Part shown: piece after piece, positions 38,401-52,900 of the stretch
Numbering within the stretch: the first letter of the stretch is position 1
How the letters are laid out: every line of letters begins with the position of its first letter
Assembly: GCA_046563655.1 (NCBI GenBank)
Contig: CM102290.1
Span: 11,098,001-11,162,000 of the forward strand
Length of the DNA: 64,000 nucleotides
DNA from: Yuukianura sp. NJ FZ-2021
Taxonomy: Eukaryota
Direction: 5' to 3'
The notes under the pieces: model-generated
The model's input: the letters and a program-made list of their open reading frames with translations, nothing else
The model's database searches: none
What the model was told of the DNA's origin: nothing
Position numbers and translations under genes: made by a program

Positions 38401-41400
38401 ATTACTGGAAAATGTTAGGTTTTTGTCGAAAAATTATTTTTTGGGTTTATTACTTTGGATTAATGAAATTTTTACGTAAAGTCATTGTCATTGTGGTATA
38501 CGGCTGGTCCGGCTGTTTCAAAATTTTTCAAAATTTAAAATTTTGTGAGTTGTTGTGTTTAAGGTTAGAGAAAGCAGCTTACTTGAAATTTGGTTAGGAA
38601 GCTAAAGCTTCCGTTTGCACCAGCTACCTTCTCCTTTCGGTTGGCCATATTTCAAGATGGTCATAAGGTTTTGGGGTGGAATTGGTTTGGGTTATATGAG
38701 TCGTTGCTAAAAGTATACAACTTTTTGGAGAGAGATGATGAAGAGAGAAAGGCGGACGATGAAGAAAGTGAAAAGTGAGAGGGAGAAGAAGTAGGAAAAG
38801 AAAGCGAAAAAATAGAGAAAATCAATGGAAGGCCGTTTTCGGGGGAAAACGCATGCGGGAGGGAAAAAAAATTTTTGGGAGAAAAAAAGAAAAAAATTGA
38901 TAAAATCCATAGCCATACTTCATAACTTTTTCCAACTTTACTTTCTCCCTTTTGTGTCTCCATGTGTAGCTGTAGGAAAGAAGGGAAAAAGAAAAAGGAG
39001 GGGGGAGGGGGGCAAGGGGGTGGGCAGCCCTTTGGACATGGATCCTCTTCCGTACTAACTTTCACTTCCCCCTGCTTTCCCCGGCTCCTGTCCAACTTCT
39101 GCTGGACACTGCTCAGGCTAAGTTAGTATAGTGCCCATATCTGGTGCTGGAGACTATGCTTTTTCCCTGTCTTCGACTGGAGAAAATAGAAAGCTGTCCG
39201 CTTCCTCGGAATGAGCCCAATTAAAAACCCTGGCTCTCTCTCCTTTCTCTTCAGATATTGATTTCTACACTCCACCTGTCCTGTCCAGACCGCCTTCCAT
39301 TTGTGTATGAGTCCAACGTCTTCAATTATGCTGCCAATATTTAATCAAAATTTCAAAAACAATCGGTTTTTAAAAAAATGTTGCGGTAATTCTTTGAAAT
39401 TCAGAAGGTTAGGTCATGCAGTAGATTGCAGTGAAAGTGGATTCTGGAGTGCCGATTGGAAGAAATATGACGCGTCCGGTATTTTCTCGACTCATGCTCT
39501 ACTATGTTTGAAGAGTAGAGCGAGCGGGAATGTGATAGGATAGGTTCAACTATACTTTAGCTTTAGTTGAGGTCAAAGGTCAAGTTAAGCACGTTTTTAC
39601 TCTATTTAGGATAAATATAGAATGCTTTTAGATTAGTTACGTTAGGAAGGTTTCGCCAATGTTTTGACTGGGAATATAAATTAAACGCAGAGCGAAGAAC
39701 ATTGTTTTTCTTACACTCGTTGGAGAGGTCACGTGTGCTAAAAAGGAGAAAGTTTTTGGATTAGTGGAGGTCACCGCTATTATTTTTAAGAAATTTACAA
39801 TGGGCTATGCCATGTTAAACTGGAACTAAAAAATGCTATGAATATTATAGAGTAAATGATAACTTTAGAATCTTAGTTAAAAATCGGAATTTCTAATTAG
39901 TTTTTTTTGAAATTTGATTCCGTTTTGCGATTAGGGTTAAGCTTGCTTTTCATTTTCCGATGTTGATTAAATTGCATATTTTTTCTACCTTTTGTTGTTC
40001 ATTTTTGAGAAACATGAAAACCGTTCGGAGAAAGTAATACGTCAAACTTGAAATGTTCAGAGTGAAAGGAAAATTGAAAATTTTGAAAGCCGTTGTGTGG
40101 GGCATGTTCGTTACTCCTTTCGACTTATCGCTGTAGTGCTGATATTGATTGCAAAATTTTAATTTTCTAAATCGCAGCGTTGCGAAATTGGTTTTCATGT
40201 CTTTTGGACTTTGAGGGAAATGAGAAAATATCATTTTGAGTTTCTTGCTCAATACAGCAATATAAAGCCAAAGAAAAAACTATGAAAAAATTGAATCGAT
40301 ACAATTCAAAAATTTCAACACGAAAGCCATAAATTCCAAATTTGAAACAAACCTAGCCAGAGTTGAAAAAACATTCAATGATTTAGCACTAAAATTCAAA
40401 AACAGCAATAAAAAGGATACCTGCATTTAAAAAAAAACGAAGCAAACTCAAATACTGTTTTTAAAAAATTTCAATTTGAAACAACCACGAATGCTGTAAA
40501 AATAATTCATTTTGTAAAACAGCAATTTTATTAATTTTTGATAAAATGTTCATAATTTTGTCTTCCAAAATATAATTATCTACGAAAATTGAATATTCTC
40601 AACATTTTGCATTTTGAAACATGAAAAATATTATCCAAATTCTGTATTTAGAAACAACCAGGAAACAATCTAATTTAAACAAAAAAAATGCTGAAGGAAA
40701 CCAATTTTTTTGTCGTCGTTTGAAAATGTCATGCAAATTAAAATTGGAAAAAATTTGGATTCAAATTGCGATCAATAAAAAACTCTTTTCACAGTAAATG
40801 CCAACAAAAATTTAAAAAAAAAACATCGACAAAACAAAATTAAAGCTTTAATGGCAGTTTTCCTATAATTTTGAATTAGGTTAAGGCACGAGGAGCAGGA
40901 GGTCAGTTATTTTTTGGACTTTGAAAACTGAAAATTATGACAATTAAAAAAATAATTGTTGGCCAAGGAAAATTTTTTTTGAAGACTTTTCCAACTTTTC
41001 CAAAATTTCTTGATCACTGCAATTATTTCTATGCATTTAAAAAGGAATCGTATGGGTAGTAGTTAAGACTGTTCTGAAAAGTTAGTAAGAACAGCAAAGG
41101 GAAAGAGATCATTAGTTGAAACGGACTTAAAAAGAAGCTGACCTGTTCGACCTGTTCTGCGAAGTCAATTCTTGGACTAGTCTTATTTTTAATTGGATTG
41201 AAAATGAATATTGTCCATACTGTAACATTGTAAGGTAGGGTTTCACTTTTAATGGGACTCGAACTTCTCCTCATCAGTTACGAAAGTGGACTTCCGAAGT
41301 CGACTAACAAAGTAAAATTATCGTCATAAGTGAACTAGTGGCGTAACTAACTAAACAGAGGTCAAGAGGTCACGGTTTCCTTGTCTCAATATCTTTCCTT

Positions 41401-41935
41401 TTGGTAAGCCATATCTCCCACGTCTATTGTAGTTTCTTGTGACGGAAATTCAAATTCCAAACGAAATTGGTTTTTATAGAAAATATTTACTGAAATTTTT
41501 AAAAGAGTTGCAATCAACAAGGTAGAAGAAAAAGTGTGTGAAAGGATTTTTTACATTAGAACGTCAAGTCTTAGGTTATGAACGCTTATGTTTTCTTAAT
41601 TCCTAACGTTGTGACTTTAAAATTACTTCAGGTTAGCTAAGATATGAATTTTGTAAATTTTTACCTCAAAAGCGTAAATTTTTACGTTGAGAGAAGTTGG
41701 GTTAGGCTAGTGAAATTTTGCGTTAGAAGGCGAAGGTTAGTTAAAAGCACAATTTAACCGTAAATTGTGAAAGTTCGCTCCAAATTGAGCCGGGAAATTT
41801 AGATTTGAAGTATTTTTGATTGGGACTGTCCAATTGTTGACCTTTAACCTATGTTTTCTGATTTATTTTTGTTTCGTAGGGAGAGTAGGCCAGACTGCAA
41901 CTGGCCTTATGCTGCTTCTGCGTCTGCGCTAGGGA

Positions 41936-44900
41936 ATGGCCACAAGAGTGAGTGTCAATGGCGGAGCCTCAGGAGTTGGGCTTCCGGGAACTACAACGAG
42001 TGACCCCTCTGCTTCCAACGACCTCAGCCAGAACCTCGAAAGCAACTCAAGCTTCGACTCAGACATCCTCCCGTCATTTCTACCCGAGTCACACACGAAG
42101 AAACGCCGGAAACAGTCGAGACCCTCCCGAATTCCAGCAACCGACTCGGATTCAAACCCACTCAACCTGTCCAAGGGTGGGGCACCACTCACTCCGCCCC
42201 AAACATTCTTCCTCAACCAACCACCGTTTGCCGCTCTCTTCGCCAACAATCAATCCAAAGACTCCAGAGACCAACCAACCACGCCACCACTCGACATCTC
42301 CGGTGGAGGTGGGTCAGGGGACAGTGGCGGCTCTCATGGGTCATCCATCAACAGTAACTCCACTAAAGAGCAAGGAACGCTCGTTCCACAGCCCCACCGA
42401 ATCTTCAACCCTGAAGCCTACTGTGGCCTCTGTAACAAAGAATTTTGCAACAAGTACTTTCTTAAAACTCACAAGGCCAACAAGCACGGAGTCTACACTG
42501 ACCCCCCACCCCCCACAAATGGTTCCTATTTACCCCCACTTGGGGGTGGCGACATCTCGGCTGGAGAGATGGTGGGTCGAAGGTCAACTGGGAACGTACC
42601 ATTGGAGGGTGGTGACGAAGATCGAGATGACGACGAAGGCCGCTTGCTAGCTGCCATTACATGTCACTTCTGTGGGTCAGAGTTCCAGACCGAAGCGGAA
42701 TTCCGGACCCACCTTGGTGACAAGCACGGATTGGTGGTTCCACCGTTTCTACTTCCGTTCCCACCACCTTCGTCACCCACAGCACCCACCTCACTCTTTG
42801 ACCTGCCCAAAAACAGTCCGTCCGAAGCATTTGACTGCTCCCGCTGCTCCCGATCTTTCTCTACTCTCTACCTTCTACGCATGCACACCTCTTACTTCCA
42901 CCCACCCACCCCCACGGGGTGCAACAACAACAACAAGGACGAAGCTGACGATTCCCTCAAGGACGATTGTCTCAGTCCAGAAGAACCTGGAGAAACGACT
43001 TCCGACTCTGACGAACTCCGTAGACTCCAGTCAATGATTCTGGAACTGAATCCACTGGCTGGATCTCTGACGGCAGCGGCCGTGGCTGATGGTTCCAGCA
43101 CTTCAAACTGGAACACTACTGGCTCTCCACCACCAAATTCAAATTCTGCTCATGCGCAGAACATGCCATCAGTCTGCCCTCTCTGTGCCAAGGAATTCTA
43201 CTCTCCGACCTTCCTAGCTCAGCACATGGAGCAGAGTCACAGTGGATTAGGCCAGAACCAAGATGGCGCCGATTCTTCCAAAACTGCTTCAGATCCGTTT
43301 CTGCTTCCAAGCACCACGACTGCTCCGGGATCGTCGTCGTCGTCACTCAAGGGCGAACGTCGACCAAGTCCATCACTAAGTCGGAGTTACTGTACGATTT
43401 GCCACAAGGAGCTGTGTAACAAGTACTTTATGAGAACACATATGCTGAAGATGCATGGGATTAGCATTGAGAGTTCCACTGGATTGGGTGGAGTCACTTG
43501 TGACATTTGTAACAAAGAACTCTGTTCCAAGTACTTCCTGAAGGTTCACAAGCAAAATACACACGGAATTCTGGAAGAAGGACCGTCACCACCAGCAGAA
43601 GTTCCGGATCCTACCACGACTTCGGCACAAGTAACGACGGTGGCTCAAGCGGCTCAGCAGGGAAATTCAAATTCAAATGATGGTTTGCCGCTGGATTTGC
43701 ATGCAGCGTCGGAAGGATGTCCGATTTGTTCAAAGCGATTTCGAAGCGTCAAGTGGCTCAAGAACCATCTTCTGACAGATCATGGGCCGGAGGGCAGAGA
43801 TGCTTGGAAACTTACCAAAAAGTCGGTCCCACTTTCACCAAAAAACACCAGTGGAAAATCAAGGTACGAAAAAAAAAGTTTTAGTTTAAAAACTCTATCT
43901 TTAAAACATCAATTTTCTGTGTTTTCTCAACACATTCCAGGCGATTCTAAAAACGAAAATTTTGGAAATTGACTGTTTGGAGTAAAAACTTTTTGGTTCA
44001 AATGTTAAAAAAAATATTGACAGCAAAATTGTTTTGAAATCATAAACCTCATTTGGCAACAACTACACAGCATATTTCTTGTTGTTAATGAGAAGTTGCC
44101 TCATAAACTTTGTCCAGTCATTTGAAAACGTCCATTTTCCAAAAGTAACTTTAATTTGAAAAGTTGAAATTGAAAAAAGTATTGATTAAAACCATAAAGC
44201 TTATGTGTACAACCCTATCATTTCCAGTATGAAAGTTCTTAATTAATCGAAATCAATTAACAAAATTTCTCCCGTGTTTGCTCACCAAAATAATTATTTC
44301 ATACAGTTCCATCCTCATATTATTGATTTCTCTCTCCCTCTTCATCCATATAGTACTAACTGTTATTTTTTTTTGTAGATTTTGAGCTGTTTAGAATTTC
44401 AATTTTTGTTAGGATCTGTTTTGAAAAATTTTCCATTCGAACCACCTGCCCTCCTCCATTGTTCTAAGGCACAGAAAAATTCAACGGCCTCATTTTCATT
44501 ATTGCCACTTTTTGAAACAAGTTCCAACTGACACTTTCATACAAAAGAGGAGCAAACCATATTTTTTTAAGTTAATTTTAATAATTAATTTATGAACTTA
44601 ATTGCTCAATCTACAATTAGTATGCAACCAATTGGAAACCAAATTTCAGTTCCACAAATTAACAAAGTACAAGGCCTCTCTCTCTATCGCTCACCTGGAA
44701 TTAATTAGGCTTTTAACACCTCCAATTTCTCCTCATTTAGCATTGATTTCAAATACAAACTTCTTTTTCTCGCTCGATTTTACTATTCAAATTAATGGCT
44801 TTAGGTATACTACGCGCAGGAATTTTTTTTTTACACATGTAAAATCTTTCTGCGAAATTATTTCGAATTTTTTATTGTTTCAAATTTAAACAGATGATGG

Positions 44901-46318
44901 ATAGTTTTGACATTATTTGATTTTTGTTGAAGTTTTAACTTTCCATTGAAAATCCTGGATTTTGTTTAATTTGAAATTCTGCGTTTGAAATTTTCAAATT
45001 TTCAAATTTTCTTGGTTTATAAGTTTTGAAATTAAGGACTTTGGAGGATTTGAATTTTTGACCCTTGAACTACTTTTTTGGAGACGAAAACGTGCAGAGT
45101 CGTAAAATTTAGATGTTGACCTTCAGTCGTTGTTTTTTCTAAAGGTCACGCGGATCACGAGCTCGAAATGGAACTTCGGAAGACGAGTCAAGCACTCAGC
45201 AGCAGCAGCAACAACAACAGCAGCGGCTGATGCTGGACCCCTTGAGTATTTTCTTTGGGAAGATGGAAAACAGTGAGGGCGGAAATGGCGCCGGATCTCG
45301 CATCTACCGCTGCACTTTCTGTCCCTTCACGACGACTTTGCTCGTGTACCACTACGCGCATGAGCGGACACACACTGGCCTCGGCACGGCGACGCACCTC
45401 CTTCCAGACCCAGCCTCCATGAACAACTTCCAGTGTCCAATGTGCTTCCAGGGCGTAGGGAGCCTTGAAGCCTTCCAGCAACATCTCTTCAACCATGGGC
45501 TCCTACCGTCGTTTCTTCCGCAAGCCACGCAGGCTCAGACCCACCACCATCCCCTTCCCCCTGCAACTCCACCACCTCCGGCTCCTAAGCCACGCAAGGT
45601 CGCCAAGGGGAAGGTGGGCGTAAGGGCTCCGAAGCGTAAACGCCTCGTCTTCCGTTGTTCTGCCTGCAAACTGACTTTTGGAGAACGGGCAGCCTGCCTG
45701 GGTCATGTCAAACGAGATCATCGAACACCGCAACTACAAAGACATCGAAGCGGCAAAGATTCAAAATTCTTCAGATGTCGAAAATGTTCCTTTACGAGCG
45801 GAACTTACGCTAAATGGAGAGTTCACTTCAAAGTACATCATAACCATCCACCAAAGGTAAACGTGCTGTTCATTTTTATGTACAAGGAAAAATTTTCAAT
45901 TTCACAAAAAAAAAACAGCGGAATTTGAAGAAATTGAAGCCAAGAAAAGTATATACAGAGCGTTTAGTTAAAAGGCGTTGAACGGAAAATTGTAAATTCG
46001 CAAATTCAAATATGCATTCGAACAAATTTGGTTACAAAAGAAGCACAAATTCACCTTCCTTGCAATCGGAGTGTTGAAATTTTGCAAACTGGCAGATTTT
46101 TCTTCAAAAACTTAAATAACATAATCGTATTGTATTTTTTTTTTCATAATTTTCAGATGTTTGAAGTCCTGGGCGGTGGAAGCGGAGTTGTTCTGCAGAG
46201 ATTTTTGCTGGGCGTTGGAGAGGGTGAGCCCTTCGTCCCCTCCCTCGTCTACCTCCCCGTCCGGTCAAAGGTCAGCGAAAGTCGCGAAGTCTCCTTTTCC
46301 CTTACGCCACGGTCCTGA
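41936..46318 (+). CDS. Multi-C2H2 zinc-finger protein (exons 41936-43863, 45145-45856, 46157-46318)
   Basis: About 11 dispersed CxxC...H..H fingers, three with the signature C..C.KE[FL]C[NS]KYF[LM][KR].H....HG; poly-Q in exon 2; phase-2 join AG|G and phase-0 join AAG|ATG; in-frame TAG shortly upstream of the ATG. Confidence 0.9.
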
Positions 46319-49300
46319 AGTCCCCCTTCCGTTTCAGTTTCTTTTCTACGACACTTTGTGCGTATATTTCAAGTAGTCACTTGAAGTTACGACACTTTTC
46401 ACTTTGAAGCAAGCATAACCAAGGAGAGAGAGAGAAAGAGGGACCACCACTGAGAAAATCAAAGCGGCGTGTTCGTTCTGTTCAAACTACAACGACTGTG
46501 ATGAGAGCACGCCTTTGAGATTACCAGTGAAACACTGCTAGTCTGCCCTAATCGACTTCTACTTTACACTTAACACTAGTAGACAAAAGTCTAAAAAATT
46601 TTAAAAATCTAAAAAAAAAACTAAACTAAAACAGCAACGGAGAAACTGAGAAAATGGAATTTTTAGAGCCTAAATTTTAACTACAAAAAAGGAGAAACTA
46701 ATGTCAAAAATTTTCAAAGTCCTAGTCGAAATTTTAGTCAAAAAGTACCAGAGTCAGAACGTCGTTAAAATTCACTTTTAGAAACGGTTGAAACTTTGTT
46801 TTTGAAAACGACTTTAAATCACACGGACTAAAACCAAACTCTAATTAATTTAACAATTAAGGTTAAAAAGAAACCTTGGTTAAAAATTAACTTTGTAGGA
46901 TGTTAACAAGCTTCCTGTTGGTAAACAGTTTTGAACAAAAAAGCTACCTCCTGCGCAGACTCCGACAGGTCTCCATCCACTAACTAAGCCAATCACAACC
47001 TTGTGGCGCAATTTTTGAAAAAGAAAAACAAAAAAAAAGTTCAAACACGGCGTCGTCCAGTTCCTAAAAAAAACTTTTGAATTCCCTATAAAATATAAAA
47101 AGTTAAATATAATTTAAAACTTAATTATGCATTATGTAATTATGGTACTTTCCCCGCCTAAAGTTCCTTGTTCATCGTTTCTCAGGGAGTGTGTGCCGGT
47201 GCGCATGGCGTTTTCTGCGTACGCAATGATTACAATCCGAGATATTAAGAGGAGCACTTATAAGGGATGTTAATGTTAAATTTAATATATGTTTGGGATA
47301 AGTTTTTTGAAAAAAAAAGTTAAGGAAGCTCAGCTACCTCGCCTGCGTATTATAATAGTTACTGCTTGTTCTAAAATTTTAAAAACAGGTTTTCAAACAT
47401 AATTTGAAAAGTTTTTCTTTTTGAAAATGTTTTGCCTTGCTACACTACTCACATTCCTATGATTATTGCCTTGGCCAAGGTAAAAACAATGTCTAAGGTG
47501 CAAAGTAATTGGACAACGCCATAACGGTTTCCGTTTTTTAAAAGTGGTTTATAAACAAAATCAGGGTTTTTAGAAAAGTTACAGTTTTTTTTTAAAACAC
47601 ATCTGCCTACTATTTAGAAAAAGTACACAAAAAAGAACCTTTCCCAAAAAAAGTTGGCTCTCCCTGTTCAATTTGAAAAAAAAAGCGGAAAATATGAAAT
47701 TCAGTTTTTCAGTTTCCTGGAATTATAAAATTGATCTGCATTTTCCCCTTTGAACTTTTTCAAACTTTTTCCATTCAAATTTATTCTATTTGAACAACCG
47801 CTCGCACATCTGCCTTATTCAAAAAATGTTCCTTTTTCCACTTAAAATCCCTGTTTCTATTCTATTTTTTCAGTGCAAAAGCCGAGAGCCCTTCAAGGGC
47901 CCCCCAGCCCTTCACTTATGAAAAATTATTATTAAAAAGTAAAATTTTAACCTTTTATATTTTTTTTTCTTCCAAAAATTGAAAAACTGTTCAGTCATGT
48001 TTTCTTTTTCAAAAGAGGGAGCGTGCCTGGCGAATAACCTTAACCGCGCCAAATTTAAAAAAAAACGGTTATTTTCAAAAATTTGTTTCAATTTAAAAAA
48101 AGTGCCTCTCATTTATTGACCAAAAGTCTCCCCTCTTTTCGTTTTCTTTTTGTTCCAAATTCAATTGAAATTGTAAATTATGGATTTCGGAACAGATTGA
48201 AAAAAAGTAACCTTTTTACCCCATTTTCCTTTTTCCATAAATTTGGATTTTTAGATTTCATTTTCAATTGAATTTTTTTCCCAATTTTTTTTTCAAATGA
48301 GAAAAGGAAAGCAGAAGGATTACACTTGGTGAACGCGTGAAAGTTTCAGTTTGAACTTTGAAGGGAGAAAACAATAATGGCGGGAGGGTTCTTTTTTGAA
48401 GTGTGCCAAAAAATGTAAATAGGAATAGAGCAGGATGTTTTTCAATTTTTCACCCCAATTTTACTTATTTTCCCGGGTATTTTTCGGTTTTTTGAAAAAA
48501 AGGGTTGAAGGGCCTATGTCCAAGGGACAGAATGAGTCAGAGGAGCCCTTAAGTTTGACATGCAAAGGGATTGTCCCAGGGTCATTTCGATTGAGATTAC
48601 ACAAATCCCCGATTCCGCTTTCCTTTTCCGGATTTTAATTTTTTTTTTCCAGAATTTTGGAAATTTGAAAAGAAATTTTATGTTGAAAAGAATTGGTGAA
48701 AACGCGCCCTTTTATTTTCCAATTGTGAAAAATTTTGTAGACACTTTTCTAATGATTGTTCCGTTTTTTTCTTCATTTTTCTCAAATCCTGGATTTGCCG
48801 CGTGGCGCTTAACACACTTAATCACTTTTATTACATTTTCCAAAACTGGAACAAAAAAATACCCGGATTTGGGACAAACCCGGAAACTTTTTTCTTCAAA
48901 AGAAGAACATTGAGCATGAAAAAATTATTGAAATTAATCCATGGGCTTGAATATGGGTATTTAGAGCTTCCCTACAAAATTCCATTTAAATAGATACTTC
49001 CAATTATGGTTTTTACAAATTCCAGAAAATCCGAAATTTTGACTCCAAAAATTTTGAGGAAGGAAATCTGAACCAATATTTGACTTTTGACTTTCCAACT
49101 ATGCAATGAACAAACCGAATTTTGAATTTTTTGTTTAAATCTTGAAACGTAAAGAAAATATTCAAGCATAACAAGAAAATGCTTCCTAAAGAAAAACGAC
49201 GGGTAAAGTAGAAACTTCCAAAAGCTTCCAGAATTTACCACCACCATTCCACATAAGTTTTTCATGATTGTTTTTCGAAATGAAATTTTGAACATTCCAG

Positions 49301-49948
49301 ACTTTAGAAATTTTTGAAAAGTTAGAGGTTTCCAATAAATCACTTTACATTCCTTTTTTTAAGCTTTGCGCATGTGTAGTAGGCTAACCAATTTGTTCCA
49401 AAAGTCCGTCCACTACTTTACGTCCCGCCAGAACTTCAGACGCAGGGTGCTTTGTTGACATTTTTGAAGTCTCGGCTCGACTTGGTAGCGGACGGCTAGT
49501 ATTTAATGGCAACTGCGCAAGCGCAGAACCCGAATTTTAGCTGCTTAATTGCAGAATTCCACTGATTTAGCTGCGTATAGAAAAAAAAGCAACGATGCCT
49601 AAAAAAGCATATGGACTTGGATGTTTTGAACTTTGGCGGGTGGAGACGTGGCGGTCATTTTCTAAAGAAACCAAATGTATTTTAGAGAGACTGAGGTCAG
49701 TGACTCGTCACTTGAGGTCATTGACCCCTCTGCCCAGGTCACGTTAGGTTAATCTAACCTAATCCACTTCCAGTCCAAGGTGGGCCTTAGTTTTGTTTTT
49801 ACTTTGTGATGAGAGACTAACTACGACACTACTTTAACTACACTAAAACTACACTAGGGAACTTATTACACAAAGTTCAACAACCTTAGGCGGGAGTTAA
49901 CTAAGGGGCCACTGAGGGGGGAAATACAGTCTGAGGGGCTAGGCACCA

Positions 49949-49962
49949 CCGCTAGATGGCGC
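49949..49962 (+). promoter_or_regulatory. CTCF-like insulator motif (second core on the minus strand at 51441-51455)
   Basis: CCGCTAGATGGCGC matches the CCRCTAGRTGGCGC consensus by eye; motif match only. Confidence 0.5.
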
Positions 49963-52900
49963 CATCCATCACAAATTCAAAGTTTTCGTCTTCTTTTGTT
50001 CCCGCGCATGCGCAGTTTGCTCTACATTCCAAAAGGGGTCAAACGTTGAAGGGCTTCTGTTAAAAAAATACAATGTGATAGAATTTCAACAAGCCTTTAA
50101 GCCTTTGAACTTTGACCTTTTTAACTTTCTGTTTAGATTGACCCGGCTATTTTAAAATCACTTTTCAAAAAGTAATTCGGTCAAAATCTTTTTCAATTTT
50201 TTCCCCTGACTAAAAAAATTGAAGAAATTCCAGTAGCATACAAAAAGGGCTGTCCTGCGCACGTATCTTCTGCTACTACTTAACATAATTTCCAAAAATT
50301 TGAGTTGAAACCTTAGTTAGCGTAAAGTAAACTTAAGTGTAGTGTGTAAGGGAACCTAAACACTTTAGTACTTGCTAATTAATGGTGTTAATTAAGGCAA
50401 CGGAGTCCGATCCTTAAAGCTGGTTCCCCTCTTAGGGGGTGGGGGCGGTGGTGGGGCTCTGAGCCACGAAGGCCCGTGCCCTCTTCTGTTACATTGTTGA
50501 ACCGGCAAAGGTTGTTAAGTGCCACGGCACGGCCCTTTGTCTCAGCAGCCCAATCAGGTTACGCCTAAACTAACCACCCCCACCTCCCGGGATGACCTTT
50601 GACCTTGACCCTTGCATGTAGCCTATTGTACATGTAACTAAGTCCTAGTTTCGCCGTAGTGAGTGATGTGGAGAAAGCGGCATGCTTTGCGTTATGCAAT
50701 TCGGAGTATGTAGGGGGTGTAAGGCGGTGGATTGTGGGGGTGGGGAGTCAAGTCCTTGAGGGGAGTAAATTGGCAGCGGCAGTTGCCGTTGCCAAGGAGA
50801 ATCTAATTTTGATACAGAAATACTTCCGCGAGAACTCGGCCCCTTACGAACCCCCCCCCCCCCTCACGAGATGGGTGGGGGTGTGAACCCCCCATTTGAG
50901 TTCCTTAATGAAAACTGTTTAGAAGTCTGTAGTCCCTTAGTAGAAACACCTAAAAAGCATTATGAACACTTTGGTAACTATAGAAATGTAAACCTATCTT
51001 ATATTAGTTGGTTCCTTACTTTTGTTCCTACTACTCGGACCTAGTCTGTTAGGTAAAAAGTGTATTACCGTTGTGTAGGGAGGTTAGTTGAGATGAGGTC
51101 AATGACCCCTTGACCTTGAAAACCATTTACCTTAACATTAGATTAAAGTAATACTAAAAGATAAGGGTTTTTTCGTAGTGCGAGGGTGGGACGTGGGAAG
51201 TGAAGTGGCTCACAGTCCGTTTTTTCGATGCCACCCTGCGACCCACCTTCGTTTTAGTTTGCCCAGTACTGTATAATGTTAATTGCTATTGAAATAATTT
51301 TGACATAAAAAATAATAAAAACATGTTTACATTCTCTGGAGGAGCCTTACAAAATCTTGCTGTTCGTTTAATCAATTTATTCAAAACTTTCTCTTTTCGT
51401 TTTACTTTCTCCTTTGAAATTTTATAAAATTTGACTTTCACCGCCATCTATGAGGATCCGATGACCTGATGTTGGAAACTGATGCAAAGTGCGTGGAAAC
51501 TGGATATCTTTCATCTATAATGGAGACCTTTGGTAAATGGTAAAAGCCAAAATATTCTAGTTTTCAGTCCACATTTTTAAAATTGATATTGAAAAACAAC
51601 TTTTTTGCAAAATTCAAGGCTAAAATGTGCATAAAACCAGCCTTTTTGTTGTGCTTTTTATTCCGGCGTCCTCGAAGCTTCTAACTTTCACCACACGAGA
51701 GCTGCCATGTCGTCGTTTCTAAATTTTCAAAAAATTTGATTCGCAGGCAAAAAAGCATCAAATTCAAATCTAACGTACATCGGACTCGTAGTAGAGATCA
51801 AGTCCAGCCAAGTACTAAATCCAAATTTACCACTAAAATGAATTTCAAAACAGACGAGCGTTGTTTGATTTCCACTGAAAATGTAAAATGGCTCTTTTTC
51901 ATCATCATTATCATCGTCATAAGTTAATGGTATCAGTATCATATTTCTGTGTTTGAGTATCGCAGTTTTAAATGTTAAACTTGTTTTTCCCTTTGTAAGA
52001 CATACTACGAATAACATTAATAATTAATTATAATTCATAATTAATTGTAATTAATAATCATGACTAAAATGTTGTTAGAAGTGAAGAGAATATTTGTAGA
52101 ATTAGAGAAATTGAAATATAACCAATTAAGGAATTCATATTCACAAGACAAGAAATGGGATGAGAAATTCATTTTGGTAAGGTTCTTCAAAATCCACTTA
52201 ACTTTTTTAACTTAACATCTTTAAATTGACATAGACAAGAGTTTCAAAAACATTTTCTTGTAACTTTGGGAAAAATTCTAAATTTTTTAAAGAATACTAC
52301 TTACTAAACATTAAACTAAAATGAATTTGGAGAGTACAGTGCATTTGAAAAGTGACGGTCTTTTGGTGTCCATTTTCCTTTCATAGTCATGTGATGACAA
52401 TGTTTTTGCTTTCTTTTAGTTTTCAGAATTGTATAGTGATCCTATTCAAAAATGACGCCAAATTCCACCACTTCTGTAACACTCGGTACATTTAACTTGT
52501 ACTACATAAGTAATGAGAACTTATTACTTAGAACTAAAACTAACAAGGATAAGATATACAGGATGAGTACAGAGTAATATGACACAAGGACACGGGGGTA
52601 CATGGCCCTTGAAGGGCTCATGACCCTTAACCTAAAGGAATCCCCATACTTCAATGCTAGGCTACGATTTAAATTTTTTCTAAAAAATATGAAACTTTTT
52701 CAATCAAACCCAAAAACAAAAGACGAAAATTTGGAATTTTTTTCCCGTTTTGACTTTGGATAATTTTTCAGTTTTTTTTTCAGTTTCTTCCTCAACTTTT
52801 CATACACTTTTTCACACATCTTTTTTCTAAATATTTTTTTCAATGGAATGCAATTTGTTTTTGTAAGTATTTCTTGTAAAGAGGTAAACAACAGCAACAA

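Noticed and set aside
37480..39300. GC-richer patches and several 60-144 aa ORFs upstream of the zinc-finger gene
   Set aside because: Low-complexity translations in all frames and no consistent exon chain; more likely promoter or 5' UTR exons.
40881..40895. TAAGGCACG resembling the start of miR-124
   Set aside because: The match ends after 9 nt and I see no hairpin partner.
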